Positions 10,502 through 21,042 of a DNA stretch of 64,000 bases are shown piece after piece; position 1 is the stretch's first letter; every line of letters starts with the position of its first letter. Position numbers and translations under genes: made by a program. Origin of the DNA: a bacterium (GTDB lineage Bacteria; Zhuqueibacterota; Zhuqueibacteria; Residuimicrobiales; Krinioviventaceae); contig CAXXFV010000016.1 in assembly GCA_963674595.2 (NCBI GenBank), forward strand, positions 96,001 through 160,000. Direction: 5' to 3'. The notes under the pieces are model-generated. The model was not told the DNA's origin and did no database searches. It was given only the letters and a program-made list of their open reading frames with translations.

Positions 10502-12418
10502 CTATTTGGTAAATTTTCCGATGGTATGTTTTGCCACTCTGGAAACGTACTTGTTGTCGGGATCGTTCAGAACTTTTTCCAGAAACGGTAAAACAGGTTT
10601 GGCTTTTTCTTCTATTTCATCACAAACCAACGCTGCCTGCAAACGGACCCATTCCTTTTCGCTTTGCAGTCCGCTAATAACTATCGGCAGGCCCATTTCA
10701 TCCAAGTCCATTTTACAGAGGGCACGTGCGGCAGCAATACGTACACTGTCACTGGAATCATTCAAGGCACTGGTTAATTGTTTTTTTGCCTGAACTGTTT
10801 TCAAACCCAAATTCCCCAGGCCAATGGCGCCCCAATACCGTACGGAGACGTCTTTGTCCTCCATTGCCTGTAAAAGAGTTGGGCGGTCAGTCCGGTCCGG
10901 CCGACCTGCCATAGCAGCGACTGCCTGTATTTTAGCAATATCTATTTCCGGATGTGCCTGTCTAAATATACTGTATCGATTTGGATATTTTTTGTCCAGT
11001 TCAGCAAGTTCCGGTTCCGGCAACAGTCCCAAATCTTTAATATCCAATACCCATTTTTGATGTGCATCCCACATTTTGTCCAAAATTTTTGCATATTCCG
11101 GATTGCCGGCAAGATTGTTTAATTCATGAGGATCATTTACTATATCATACAACTCTTCAACCGGTTTGTTTTTTGCCATGAATTTTTTTGAATCCGGTAA
11201 TAGTTTTCCTTCAGCCTGAACACGACGCCATTCCTTCATCATCGGGCCGTTTTCAGCATATTCCATATATTGAGCATAGGGATAATAGGGCTGATAATTG
11301 CGAAGGTATTTAAATCGTTTGTCCCGAACGGCGCGAATTCTGTCATAGCGTTCATCCATTCTGTCCCGGGCCGCATAAATATATTCTCGCGGAGCTGGTT
11401 TATTTTCTCCTAAAAACACCTGGCCTTGCATGTGTTGTGGAATGTCTGCGCCTGCCAGGTTTAATACGGTGGGAGCAAAATCAATGGTACTAACCAGGTC
11501 CGTACATACCGTTCCGGCTTTTTCGTCTTTATTTGTTTGATATTTTTCCGGTATTCGAATAATAACCGGAACTTTAATGCCGGAATCATACAGCCAGCGT
11601 TTTGCACGGGGCATACCGGCACCGTGATCTGACCAGAAAAAGACGATGGTGTCATTTTCAAGATTATCGGCTTTTAACTGTTCCAAAATATCTTTGACCC
11701 AGTGGTCCAAAAGAGTAATAAGCTCATAATAATGAGCCCAATGTTTACGCATTATAGGGGTATCGGGATAATAAGGGGGAAGTGTTGACATTTTGTTTGG
11801 ATTTTGTCGTTCGGCAGATGTGAGAGACTTTGTAAGTTCTTTATGCTCTGCATCGGTCAAATTGACCGTACCTTCATGTGTGTGAGTATAATTGAATACT
11901 GAAAAAAATGGTGTATTCGGATCGGGTCTGTTTCTCCAATGGGCATCGTGACTGGAATCATTCCAGGCTGTTGCCGGAGGATCAAATTGATAATCTTCTT
12001 TGTAATTGTTTGTACAGTAATATCCTTCCTGCTGCAAGTACTCTGAAAAACATTTTATTTGGGCAGGGACGGACGGCTTGATTGACCGTTCCGGTCCTTC
12101 ACCGCCGGACCGCATGTGCATGGTCCCAAGTGAGTTTTGATAAACACCTGAGATAATACAGGACCGGTTTGGTCCACATACCGGCGCAACTGTAAAGGCA
12201 TTTTTATATATTATCCCTTGTTTTGCAAATTTGTCCAGTGTTGGTGTTATTGCATGTGGATCACCGTAACATCCCAGTTGTGCGCTTATATCTTCACATG
12301 AAAGCCATAAAATATTTGGTTTTTGTTTTTTATTTCCAGCCCACGCTGATAGTGGTTGCAGTGATAGGGCTGCTGTTGCTAATCCGCTTTGTTTTAAAAA
12401 AGTTCTACGATTCGACAT
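10502..12418 (-). CDS. Tat-exported Cys-type sulfatase with C-terminal HEAT repeats
   Basis: NRRTFLK; KPNILW; CGPNR (CxPxR); SDHG; ELYD..DPHE..NLA; HEAT-like VRYWGAIGLG and VRIAAARAL. GGAGG SD before the ATG at 12418. Confidence 0.92.
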   Translation of the reverse strand: MSNRRTFLKQSGLATAALSLQPLSAWAGNKKQKPNILWLSCEDISAQLGCYGDPHAITPTLDKFAKQGIIYKNAFTVAPVCGPNRSCIISGVYQNSLGTMHMRSGGEGPERSIKPSVPAQIKCFSEYLQQEGYYCTNNYKEDYQFDPPATAWNDSSHDAHWRNRPDPNTPFFSVFNYTHTHEGTVNLTDAEHKELTKSLTSAERQNPNKMSTLPPYYPDTPIMRKHWAHYYELITLLDHWVKDILEQLKADNLENDTIVFFWSDHGAGMPRAKRWLYDSGIKVPVIIRIPEKYQTNKDEKAGTVCTDLVSTIDFAPTVLNLAGADIPQHMQGQVFLGENKPAPREYIYAARDRMDERYDRIRAVRDKRFKYLRNYQPYYPYAQYMEYAENGPMMKEWRRVQAEGKLLPDSKKFMAKNKPVEELYDIVNDPHELNNLAGNPEYAKILDKMWDAHQKWVLDIKDLGLLPEPELAELDKKYPNRYSIFRQAHPEIDIAKIQAVAAMAGRPDRTDRPTLLQAMEDKDVSVRYWGAIGLGNLGLKTVQAKKQLTSALNDSSDSVRIAAARALCKMDLDEMGLPIVISGLQSEKEWVRLQAALVCDEIEEKAKPVLPFLEKVLNDPDNKYVSRVAKHTIGKFTK

Positions 12419-12448
12419 GATGTCCTCCATATTATCCTGATTGTTTAA

Positions 12449-12477
12449 AAGATAAGAGAGTTTTTTGCTATTGTCAA
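12449..12477 (-). promoter_or_regulatory. Sigma70-like promoter for the sulfatase operon
   Basis: Minus strand TTGACA-17 nt-TATCTT. Confidence 0.55.
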
Positions 12478-12563
12478 TGTATTATCTGAAAAAAACATTT
12501 TTCTTTTTACAAAAAATGGTTATACTCAATCAAACCAAAATTTTTTAAAATTGGGAGCTTAAG

Positions 12564-13486
12564 ATGGGGAAACTAATTTGGTTAGGTATCTGTGTTTTTT
12601 CAAGCCTTGCTATTGTAAATGCTTTTGCAGAAAAAGTAAAAATAGACAGTGTGTTGGATACCAATTGTTTTCGTGTTTCGGACGGCAGGTTTATCGGTCT
12701 GGAAAACATAAAAGCCATTTCAATATACACGAAAAATGAACGGGATGCCCGATTTGCACGTGATATTTTTGGTGAAATAGAAAAAGATATGCTGAACAAA
12801 TCTTTCGAGTTTACTGCAAGCAAATACAATGTACATACGGATATTTATTACGGCCAGTTGTATATTGAATACCCATTTACCAAAGTTTCAGTGAACAAAA
12901 AGTTTTTACAAAAGGGGTATGGTGAATTCGCCGAGTCCGACGATTCAACTCAAAATGGCGAATTACAAAAAGCCGCCCGTATGGCTGAGAAAAAACAAAT
13001 CGGAATTATGGACCCGGAGCGAGGGAACGTTAAAAAGCTTGATGTGCGGGACATTCGTCTGCGTATATTTCCCTTTGGCTGGAATGAGGATTTTGATGAG
13101 CTTCATAGCGATTTTAGTAAATTACCATTTATCAATTTGAACTTGCGTTGGTCAAATGTTAAAATGAAACCGGTACGTCCTTCTCAGGCTGATTTTGCCT
13201 ATGAAGTCGGGCTCCTTTTTTATTTTCTTCCCTATGTAATGACCGGACCGGAAATTCGGCTGTTTAACTATTTTTTATTCGAGTTTAATGCAGGCACTTT
13301 AATTTTACTGCCTTATGTAGGTTTTGAGGATGCATTTTATCCGTGTTATTCGGTAGTGCAGGAATAATTATACCCTTTTCAAGACGTATCCGATTTGAAG
13401 CGTTATACAGCAATTTCGGAATTTATAGCGATAGTAAATTTTGGAATGCGAGGTATTTTTTGTTTGGTGTTGGATTAAGAAGATAA
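12564..13486 (+). CDS. Secreted protein: degenerate thermonuclease (SNase)-like domain plus beta-strand-rich C-terminus; one frameshift near 13345
   Basis: Signal peptide; SNase-like VKIDSVLD...VNKKFLQKGYG...AEKKQIGIM. An alternative frame continues LFGSAGIIIPF...YFLFGVGLRR* to 13486. Confidence 0.55.
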
Positions 13487-13503
13487 AAATATTATATTAC
13501 CGC

Positions 13504-14217
13504 ATGAGGCATATTCGTCAGATAAAATTTGGTGAGCATGGAAAAATTTTGGTTTTGGCCCCGCATCCGGATGATTTTGATGAGATTGCGGTAACCATGC
13601 ACTATTTTTATAAAAAGAATTTTTCCATTTTTTTAAATGTTCTCAGTTCCGGCGCAAGTGGTGTTCAGGATTCTTATATGGTCCATTTTCCCGGCATATC
13701 GAAACAGGAAAAACGTGAACAGGAACAATGCCAAAGCTGTCGATATTTCGGTTTAGGGGAACGGCAGGTATCCTTTATGCGTTTACAACTGGACGATACC
13801 GGTCATTTGTTGGATTGTGATGAAAATTTACAGCAGATCAGGAATGTGATAAACCAAATGAAACCGGACATTATATGTTGTCCGCATGAAAACGATACGA
13901 ATCAGGACCATCGTTTGACTGTTGAAATGGCGGAGAGAGTTTTACAACAAGGTGAACAATCAACCATTATGCTGTTGAATCGTGATCCGAAAACAATTTC
14001 TATGAAAAACAATGTTTTTACACCATTTGATGAACAACAGGCGCAATGGAAAGCGCAAATGCTACGTTTTCACGATTCCCAACATCAGCGAAATTTGCAT
14101 ACCCGTGGATACGGATTTGATGAACGTATTTTGCGAGTAAACCGGGATAGTGCCAAAGAGCACGATTTAAAAGAAAAATATGCAGAGGTTTTTGAAACAA
14201 GATATATAAACAAGTAA
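13504..14217 (+). CDS. PIG-L/LmbE family deacetylase
   Basis: LAPHPDD, R..E, DH, K..ML.FH.SQ motifs. ATG at 13504 preferred over the TTG at 13441. Confidence 0.85.
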   Translation: MRHIRQIKFGEHGKILVLAPHPDDFDEIAVTMHYFYKKNFSIFLNVLSSGASGVQDSYMVHFPGISKQEKREQEQCQSCRYFGLGERQVSFMRLQLDDTGHLLDCDENLQQIRNVINQMKPDIICCPHENDTNQDHRLTVEMAERVLQQGEQSTIMLLNRDPKTISMKNNVFTPFDEQQAQWKAQMLRFHDSQHQRNLHTRGYGFDERILRVNRDSAKEHDLKEKYAEVFETRYINK

Positions 14218-14229
14218 AGAGAGGATGTT

Positions 14230-15318
14230 ATGGCAACATTATTTGGACAAAACTATACAAAGAGAGAGTTACAAAAACGTGTGGGAGACATGTCGCAAAT
14301 TGCCGGGATACGTCCAGTAGAATTTAAAAATGGCAATGAAAAAGGATTGCGTGCTTTGGAATTTACCACAGGCAGTGGTTTACAATTTACTGTTTTGGCA
14401 GACCGGGCCATGGATATATACGATGCAAAATTCAATGGCCAGTCCCTGACCTGGCATTCACAGGCTGGTCCCGTAGCTCCTGAATTTTATGATCCCCATG
14501 ATATCGGCTGGTTGTGGAATATGGCCGGCGGGCTGGTTGTAACCTGTGGATTGACCCAGGCGGGCCCTGCGGAAGTGGACGGTGATGAAGAGCTTGGCGT
14601 TCACGGCCGTATTGCGAACATGCCGGCAAAAAACGTCTCTTTTGGCACGGAATGGGAAGACGATGAATATGTATTATATGCTACCGGTGAAATGCGTGAA
14701 GCCCGAATTTTTGGTTATAATCTGCTGATGCGCCGCAGCATACACACACAACTCGGGCAATCACGAATTCGGATTCAGGACGAAATTATAAACGACGGTT
14801 TTGAAAAAGCGCCGTTAATGTTTTTATACCATTGTAATATGGGATTCCCCATTGTTGATAAAGGCAGTGAATTACTGGCTGTTATTGAAAATATGGTCCC
14901 ACGCGATCGGGATGCTGAAAGTGGTGTGGCAAATTTTGATACTTTTGAAGCACCAACACCGGAATATGCGGAACAGTGTTTTTTTATTGATCATGATGTT
15001 GATGACAAGGGACTTGTCCATGTCGGGTTGGTTAACAGAAATTTTAATAACGGACAGGGATTTGGTGTGTATATGAGTTATTTAAAAAAGGAATTACCGC
15101 AATATACACAATGGAAAATGGTAGGAGAGGGAAATTACGTAGTCGGTATGGAACCCGGAAACTGTATCCCGGAAGGCCGGGCCACGGCACGTAAACGGGG
15201 ATCATTAGAGTTTGTTGAACCCGGTGAAAAACGCACCTTTCATCTTGAGATTGGTGTGATGCCCTCAAACAATGAAATTCGTGCTTTTGAGGCAAAGCTC
15301 AGGGGACTAACAGAATAG
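14230..15318 (+). CDS. Aldose 1-epimerase-like protein (DUF4432)
   Basis: DRAMDI, TCGL..AG, HGRI, LYHCNMG.P, GMEPG; GAGGA SD. Confidence 0.88.
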   Translation: MATLFGQNYTKRELQKRVGDMSQIAGIRPVEFKNGNEKGLRALEFTTGSGLQFTVLADRAMDIYDAKFNGQSLTWHSQAGPVAPEFYDPHDIGWLWNMAGGLVVTCGLTQAGPAEVDGDEELGVHGRIANMPAKNVSFGTEWEDDEYVLYATGEMREARIFGYNLLMRRSIHTQLGQSRIRIQDEIINDGFEKAPLMFLYHCNMGFPIVDKGSELLAVIENMVPRDRDAESGVANFDTFEAPTPEYAEQCFFIDHDVDDKGLVHVGLVNRNFNNGQGFGVYMSYLKKELPQYTQWKMVGEGNYVVGMEPGNCIPEGRATARKRGSLEFVEPGEKRTFHLEIGVMPSNNEIRAFEAKLRGLTE

Positions 15319-15324
15319 TTGAAG

Positions 15325-15359
15325 AACAATCGGTCTGTTGTTAAAACAGGCCGATTGTT
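15325..15359. terminator. Hairpin between convergent genes
   Basis: AACAATCGGTCTGTT ... AACAGGCCGATTGTT inverted repeat. Confidence 0.65.
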
Positions 15360-16185
15360 AATACTCCAGCACAAGCCCTGCACCCACCTCTTCAATCGGT
15401 ACAACCTGTGATAATTCAATCTTTGATTGTAAATCGGTACAATGACAGGCATGGACCGCATCTGGTTTTAATTTTTTCATATATTTTAATGTGCCTTCAA
15501 GCTGTTGCTGTGAAGGATTTTGCAGGTGAAACCCGCCGATAATATCTACAATGCGGTCGTCCCGGCACAGGTTTTTTGCATATTCAATGATATTACATAT
15601 ACCGGCATGGGAACAGCCTGTGATAATTACCAGTCCGTCAAGTGATCTATAAACCAGGGCCGTATCGTCTAAAATATAGTCGTCTGCTCCGTTGGACATT
15701 TTACCAATGGGGTATTGTGCTTCAAATTCAAAAAGACGTTCAATTTCACCCAGATAGATCAAATTTTCAGTCAGATTTTTTGGGGCTTTGCCCAACTCTA
15801 AAGAAAAATGTTCAGCTAATTTTTCTTCGGAAAGCAGCGAACCTATTTCAGGAATTTCTGAAAACGAACGTGTGGAAAACACATGCGGATGTGCCGTCAG
15901 GGACGGTTTTGTATGGTCCAAAGATTCAAGTTTTGCTTCGGTAAATAGTTGCACAAGCGGAAACAATCCCCATGTATGGTCCAAATGTCCGTGAGAAAGT
16001 ACAATTTTATCGGTTTTCAACAGATCAATTTGCATTTTTTGGGCGTTTTTTATAAATGCGTCAGAATAACCAACATCAAATAAAACTGAGGTATCCTCAT
16101 CCTCAATGAAAAATGAAAGACCCGGTTCTCCCAAAAAATACCGGTCAATGAGTGTGTTGTTATCAACCAATACGCTGAGTTTCAT
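15358..16185 (-). CDS. MBL-fold metallo-hydrolase (COG1237-like)
   Basis: LFDVG, SHGHLDH, GCSHAG, GGFH, CHCT. Confidence 0.88.
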   Translation of the reverse strand: MKLSVLVDNNTLIDRYFLGEPGLSFFIEDEDTSVLFDVGYSDAFIKNAQKMQIDLLKTDKIVLSHGHLDHTWGLFPLVQLFTEAKLESLDHTKPSLTAHPHVFSTRSFSEIPEIGSLLSEEKLAEHFSLELGKAPKNLTENLIYLGEIERLFEFEAQYPIGKMSNGADDYILDDTALVYRSLDGLVIITGCSHAGICNIIEYAKNLCRDDRIVDIIGGFHLQNPSQQQLEGTLKYMKKLKPDAVHACHCTDLQSKIELSQVVPIEEVGAGLVLEY

Positions 16186-16216
16186 AGGCACCTCGTATTG
16201 CTGTTTTTAAATGATC

Positions 16217-16247
16217 AAAAAGCTGTCTGTTTAATTTAACAGACAGC
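16217..16247 (-). terminator. Intrinsic terminator after the GH26 gene
   Basis: GCTGTCTGTT-6 nt-AACAGACAGC stem with a U-run on the minus strand. Confidence 0.6.
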
Positions 16248-16287
16248 CCGGTTTTGATATAAAGTTGAAAAAAGAGTAAATTAGTGC

Positions 16288-17352
16288 TTAATGAATATTT
16301 ATTTTAAAATGCCCGTTTTTGTTGGAAAGCTCGTCGAGTGTTATTACTCGTGGATCAGCAAACAATGCCTGTACGGTTTCAGGTTTGTTATGTTTTAATA
16401 AATAGGTATTCCATTCATAAAACCAGCTCCATTGGGGCTGCTGGTCAAGCACAGCCGGCAGGGGCAGATGGCCGACTTCACCCAGGGCAATTAATTTGCC
16501 CTGCGCCAGTTTTAACAAATCATCGTGATGACTTTGTTTCCAGTCATTTTTATAAACATCCGCAGCAAGAATATCGACATATTCAAGGCCCGGAAAATAA
16601 TCGGCATAGGGGTATGCTTCATCACCGGGAATATCGCGGGGCGCATTGGTATTCCAAACCCAGATTAAATTATTCAACTGGTGATAATTGGTAAAATAAT
16701 CATACATCATTCTCCAAAGTTTTGCAAAACCATTCGGACCGGGTTTTTGGCACCACCAGAACCACACACCGTTCATTTCATGATAGGGCCGCCATAACAC
16801 AGGAACATCGGCATCCCGGAGCTGCTTTAAAAATTTTGCCACACGATCTGCCTGGGCACACCAGGCATCATTTAAGTGAGTGCCTTTTGTGGTTAAAGAA
16901 TCCCATTCTGCGGTTGTCAGGGTATCATCCCAAACCCAGATACTTTCCTGACAGCAAGGTTCGCCGTCAGTCGGAAAACAACTGTGCCACATCAGGGTAA
17001 TTATTGAGCCTTGTTTGCTCATTTCTTTTGCACAGTCTATAACACCTTGCCGAATTTCGGTTAAATTCGAGTCTTTACAACCATAGCTGAAATCAGAACC
17101 CCAAATCGCCGGATATTGCCCGACTGTTTCCAGTAATTCGTCGTTGCTGTGTGTGGGAACTTTTAAGGGATTATGCATTCCGGACAAAATGTATTTCCCG
17201 CGAATTTCATATAAAAAATCAAGCAGGGCAACAGCTTTTTTTGAAGCATTGGGATTAACCGGTTTGGGGTGAGAACATTTGGGGCTGCAAGCGCTTATTG
17301 TTATAAAATATAATAACATTACTGCAAATATGGCTTTTAACATGTTTTTCAT
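16288..17352 (-). CDS. GH26 beta-mannanase-family glycoside hydrolase, lipoprotein
   Basis: WRPYHEMNG.WFWW (acid/base Glu), LIWVW, YFPG..YVDI..D.Y, ALGEVG (nucleophile); lipobox ISAC. Confidence 0.92.
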   Translation of the reverse strand: MKNMLKAIFAVMLLYFITISACSPKCSHPKPVNPNASKKAVALLDFLYEIRGKYILSGMHNPLKVPTHSNDELLETVGQYPAIWGSDFSYGCKDSNLTEIRQGVIDCAKEMSKQGSIITLMWHSCFPTDGEPCCQESIWVWDDTLTTAEWDSLTTKGTHLNDAWCAQADRVAKFLKQLRDADVPVLWRPYHEMNGVWFWWCQKPGPNGFAKLWRMMYDYFTNYHQLNNLIWVWNTNAPRDIPGDEAYPYADYFPGLEYVDILAADVYKNDWKQSHHDDLLKLAQGKLIALGEVGHLPLPAVLDQQPQWSWFYEWNTYLLKHNKPETVQALFADPRVITLDELSNKNGHFKINIH

Positions 17353-17644
17353 GGAAAGCTCCTGAGTTTGAGGTTGGTTGTTGGTTTAAAGAGCCGATTC
17401 TTTAATATTCGCCCGAAATACAATGTATTATATTTTTTGTATATAAAGAAGCAGAAAAAAATTTTTTACGGTATTAAAAGTCAGATTATTCTGCTTGCGG
17501 ATAACGATCCCAGGCAAAATTATTTTCAGTCACCTGCTTTCACAAAAAGTTTTGCGGGAATTTTTCTTGATTTTTTCTTATTGTAATAAATAGTTTTTAA
17601 ATGAAATATGAGAGCTGGTTTTAATTTTAAATTTCAGGATTTTT

Positions 17645-18526
17645 ATGGAAAAGAGAATATTAGGCAGAACAGGGTTGCAGGTCGGTTTTATTGGTTTTGG
17701 TGCATTGGAAATCGGAAGAGATTGGGGTTTGGGTCCGGATAAAGTTAAACAACGGCCATCGGAACAGGATACCAAAAATATTTTAAATACTGCTCTTGAT
17801 CTCGGTATAAATTTAATCGACACGGCAAGCGCTTATCATTTAAGTGAAGAACGGATCGGTAAATTTATCGCAAACCGGCGAAATGAGTATTTTCTTGCTT
17901 CAAAATGTGGTGAGCATAATGATGAACCGGGTACGTATTATGATTTTTCCTACAAGGCTGTAAAAGAATCGATTGATAAAAGTTTAAATTTGTTAAAAAC
18001 AGATGTTATTGATATTATGCAAATACATTTCGGGCCCCAGCCGGAAATGGTATTAAAAGATGGTGAAACATTGGCGGCCATGCAGGACAGTCAGCGGGAA
18101 GGTAAAATTCGTTTTTTAGGCGCTTCACCGCCATTTTCTGTTTTGAATAGTTGCATTGAAACAGATGTTTTTGACGTATTGCAAATAAATTACAGTTTGT
18201 TAAACCGTGAAAGTGAAGAATTAATTAAAAAAGCCGCTGATAAAAATATAGGGATATTAATTCGGGGCGGTTTGGCTGCCGGTTATTTGACTGAAAAAGT
18301 TAAAAACGTGTCGCCGGATTATAATCCGGGAAAAATAGATAAAGTTAACAATTTACTTGAGCTGCTTGATAATAACTATGATCTGTTACCGGTTGCCGCC
18401 CTTCAATTTCTTAACAACAATAAAAACATTTCATCTGTATTGGTGGGCACGAAAAATATCCGGTATCTTGAAAAGGCCATTAACGCTTTTGATGTTAAAT
18501 TGCCTGTAGAAATTTCCGAAATTTAA
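17645..18526 (+). CDS. Aldo/keto reductase
   Basis: RILGRTG, IDTASAY, SKCG, SL..LKTD.ID..QIH. Confidence 0.92.
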   Translation: MEKRILGRTGLQVGFIGFGALEIGRDWGLGPDKVKQRPSEQDTKNILNTALDLGINLIDTASAYHLSEERIGKFIANRRNEYFLASKCGEHNDEPGTYYDFSYKAVKESIDKSLNLLKTDVIDIMQIHFGPQPEMVLKDGETLAAMQDSQREGKIRFLGASPPFSVLNSCIETDVFDVLQINYSLLNRESEELIKKAADKNIGILIRGGLAAGYLTEKVKNVSPDYNPGKIDKVNNLLELLDNNYDLLPVAALQFLNNNKNISSVLVGTKNIRYLEKAINAFDVKLPVEISEI

Positions 18527-18611
18527 AAAAAAGCATTTCTTGTATTTTGTATTCTCATATTGTATATTTTGAATGTAAACATGATTATATAATTTAAGAG
18601 GAGGTGTCCCT

Positions 18612-20078
18612 ATGTCTGTTATTACCGGTTTGGAACCCAAATTACTCTGGAAACATTTTGATGAAATCCGTAAAATTCCGCATCCTTCCGGGGAAGAAGA
18701 AAAACTTGCCGAATATGTTATTTCTGTTGCAAAAAAATTAGGACTGGAATATAATAAAGACAGTGCCGGAAACGTTTTGATTCGAAAACCCGGTTCTCCC
18801 GGAAATGAAAATGCACCTGCTGTTGTATTGCAAAGCCATATCGATATGGTTTGTGAAAAAAATTCCGATAAAGAATTTGACTGGGACAAAGATGAAATTC
18901 AACTTGTCATGGAAGGTGAGTGGTTGACAGCCGACGGCACAACGCTGGGTGCTGATAACGGTATCGGTGTAGCGGCGGCATTGGCTCTTTTGGAAGATGA
19001 TACGGTCGTTCACGGTCCTCTGGAAGCACTGTTTACAGTTGACGAAGAACGCGGACTCAACGGCGCCATGTCACTTTCCCCTGATTTATTAAAAGGCCGG
19101 GTTATGTTGAATATGGACAGCGAGGACCTTGGTGTTTTTTCAATCGGTTGTGCCGGTGGTGCCGATTCTCACTTGCACTTTCCAATTCAAACTGTGACGG
19201 CCAAAGGTGATGCTTTGGTAAAAATACATCTATCTGGTTTGCGTGGCGGACATTCGGGAATCGATATTCACGAAGGACGTGGAAATGCATTAAAAATTAT
19301 AAATCGATTGTTATACCAGGTACAAAATGTTGTGCCGTTCGAGTTGGTCTCGCTCGAAGGCGGCGATAAACACAATGCTATTCCGAGAGAAGCCGTAGCC
19401 AAAGTTGTTGTTGCAAAAGCAGATGTGGCTTCTTTAAAACCATGGTTTACCGACAAGATAAAAGACATTCAAATAGAATTTCAACCGGTGGAAAAAAATA
19501 TTACCATTTCTGTGGAAGAAATGAATGAAACATTGCCGCAGGTTATGACAAAGGAAACCAAAGATACCTTTCTGGCTTTGATATTTGCCTTGCCACATGG
19601 CCCCTTAGCCATGAGCCGAACGATTAAGGACCTTGTTGAGACATCAAATAATGTAGCTTCGATCAAGTTTGAAAACAGCGAGGCTGTTCTCAGTTGCAGC
19701 AGTCGCAGTTCAAATGACAATTCTTTGGAAGCAACGAGAAATAAACTGGCCGCTATTGCCGAATTGGCAGGCGCAAAGATTGATCAACCTGAAGGATATC
19801 CCGGCTGGATGCCGAATTTGGATTCTGAAATTTTAAAGATTGCACTGGAGACCTACAAACAAGTTACCGGCAAAGAAGCCCGTTACGAGGCTATTCACGC
19901 CGGACTGGAATGTGGTTTGATCGGTGAAAAGTATCCGGGTATGGATATGATCTCTTATGGTCCGGACCTTCATCATCCGCACTCACCGGATGAACGTGTG
20001 CATGTCGGCACTGTAGAGTCCTTTTTCAAACATACTTTAAAGATGCTGCAAGTATTGACTAAAAAGTATTCAGTATAG
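18612..20078 (+). CDS. pepD: Aminoacyl-histidine dipeptidase (M20)
   Basis: QSHIDMV, TTLGADNGIG, VDEE, DSED, GGHSG, HAGLECG, HSPDE. Confidence 0.95.
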   Translation: MSVITGLEPKLLWKHFDEIRKIPHPSGEEEKLAEYVISVAKKLGLEYNKDSAGNVLIRKPGSPGNENAPAVVLQSHIDMVCEKNSDKEFDWDKDEIQLVMEGEWLTADGTTLGADNGIGVAAALALLEDDTVVHGPLEALFTVDEERGLNGAMSLSPDLLKGRVMLNMDSEDLGVFSIGCAGGADSHLHFPIQTVTAKGDALVKIHLSGLRGGHSGIDIHEGRGNALKIINRLLYQVQNVVPFELVSLEGGDKHNAIPREAVAKVVVAKADVASLKPWFTDKIKDIQIEFQPVEKNITISVEEMNETLPQVMTKETKDTFLALIFALPHGPLAMSRTIKDLVETSNNVASIKFENSEAVLSCSSRSSNDNSLEATRNKLAAIAELAGAKIDQPEGYPGWMPNLDSEILKIALETYKQVTGKEARYEAIHAGLECGLIGEKYPGMDMISYGPDLHHPHSPDERVHVGTVESFFKHTLKMLQVLTKKYSV

Positions 20079-20092
20079 AATTAAAATATAAT

Positions 20093-20130
20093 AAAAAAGC
20101 CGGAAGAAATATCTCTTCCGGCTTTTTTTT
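20093..20130. terminator. Bidirectional intrinsic terminator
   Basis: AAAAAAGCCGGAAGA-aatatc-TCTTCCGGCTTTTTTTT. Confidence 0.85.
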
Positions 20131-20149
20131 GATATATAATCAGCTAATA

Positions 20150-20629
20150 TCAGGTAAAAATAATTTGTGAACCGGCGCTTAATTCATAAAAACGCCCAAC
20201 ATTAATGATTTCGTCCACCTGGGGAATAAAATCATCCATTGTTAATTTAAACATATCTACCGTTGCTTTACAGGCATATATATCTGCACCGGCGTCCTTA
20301 ATCATTTCCAAAAATTCATCAACCGGTGGAATATCCAGTTCATCCATTTGTTTCTTCATCATGGATGTGGCATAGGAAGACATTCCCGGAAGCATTCCCA
20401 GCATTGTCGGGATGTGCATGGCCGGGTTCCCGACAGTTGCTACTTTTAGGTTGTTTACACGTTTTTTAATTATAGCCTCAAGACCGAAAAATGTAAAAAA
20501 GAGTGTTGCCTCAATACCTTCCATACGGGCTCCGTTTGCCATTATCAGACCCGGATAGACACCTTCGAGCGATCCTTTGGAAATGATGATGGATACTTTT
20601 TTTATAGGTTCCAAATTCGTTTCAGGCAT
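20150..20629 (-). CDS. DsrE/DsrF/DrsH-like (DsrE2-type) sulfurtransferase
   Basis: SKGSL, LFFTFFGL, IYAC..TVDMF; single conserved Cys. Confidence 0.85.
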   Translation of the reverse strand: MPETNLEPIKKVSIIISKGSLEGVYPGLIMANGARMEGIEATLFFTFFGLEAIIKKRVNNLKVATVGNPAMHIPTMLGMLPGMSSYATSMMKKQMDELDIPPVDEFLEMIKDAGADIYACKATVDMFKLTMDDFIPQVDEIINVGRFYELSAGSQIIFT

Positions 20630-20644
20630 ATCATTCTCCCAGTT

Positions 20645-20962
20645 TTAAACACATCCTTGTGGTTTACCAAGTCCGGATATTTTGGCGGCTTTTTTTGCCG
20701 GACCTTTTGGAAAAAGATCATATAACTCTTTTGTGGGAATACCGCCGACTTTATTCATGCGCCGGACAGTCGGTGCCTGACCCTTTTCTTTGTAATCCGA
20801 TCTCATAAATTTAATAATTTTCCAGTGGCCGTCTGTCAGTTCCTGAATGTCTTCTTCCTTGGCCAATTCAACGGCAATTTCTTCCGTCCATTGATCAGGA
20901 TTTGTCATAAATCCTTCATCATTTAAATCTACCTGAACACCTGCAATTTCTTTTACCGGCAT
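20645..20962 (-). CDS. tusE: TusE/DsrC-family sulfur relay protein with a single C-terminal Cys
   Basis: DEGF..PDQW, LTDGHW.II.F.R, LY.LFPKGPAKKAAKISGLGKPQGCV. Confidence 0.88.
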   Translation of the reverse strand: MPVKEIAGVQVDLNDEGFMTNPDQWTEEIAVELAKEEDIQELTDGHWKIIKFMRSDYKEKGQAPTVRRMNKVGGIPTKELYDLFPKGPAKKAAKISGLGKPQGCV

Positions 20963-21042
20963 AAGACCTCCTTAAAGTATATATGAAATAATTTTTTCAG
21001 TTTTATAAACAATAGTTCAATCTATATAATTTCCTTGTTTGG

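Noticed and set aside
20645-20962. DsrC as a marker of dissimilatory sulfate reduction
   Set aside because: The second conserved Cys is missing and there are no dsrAB or dsrMK genes in the window.
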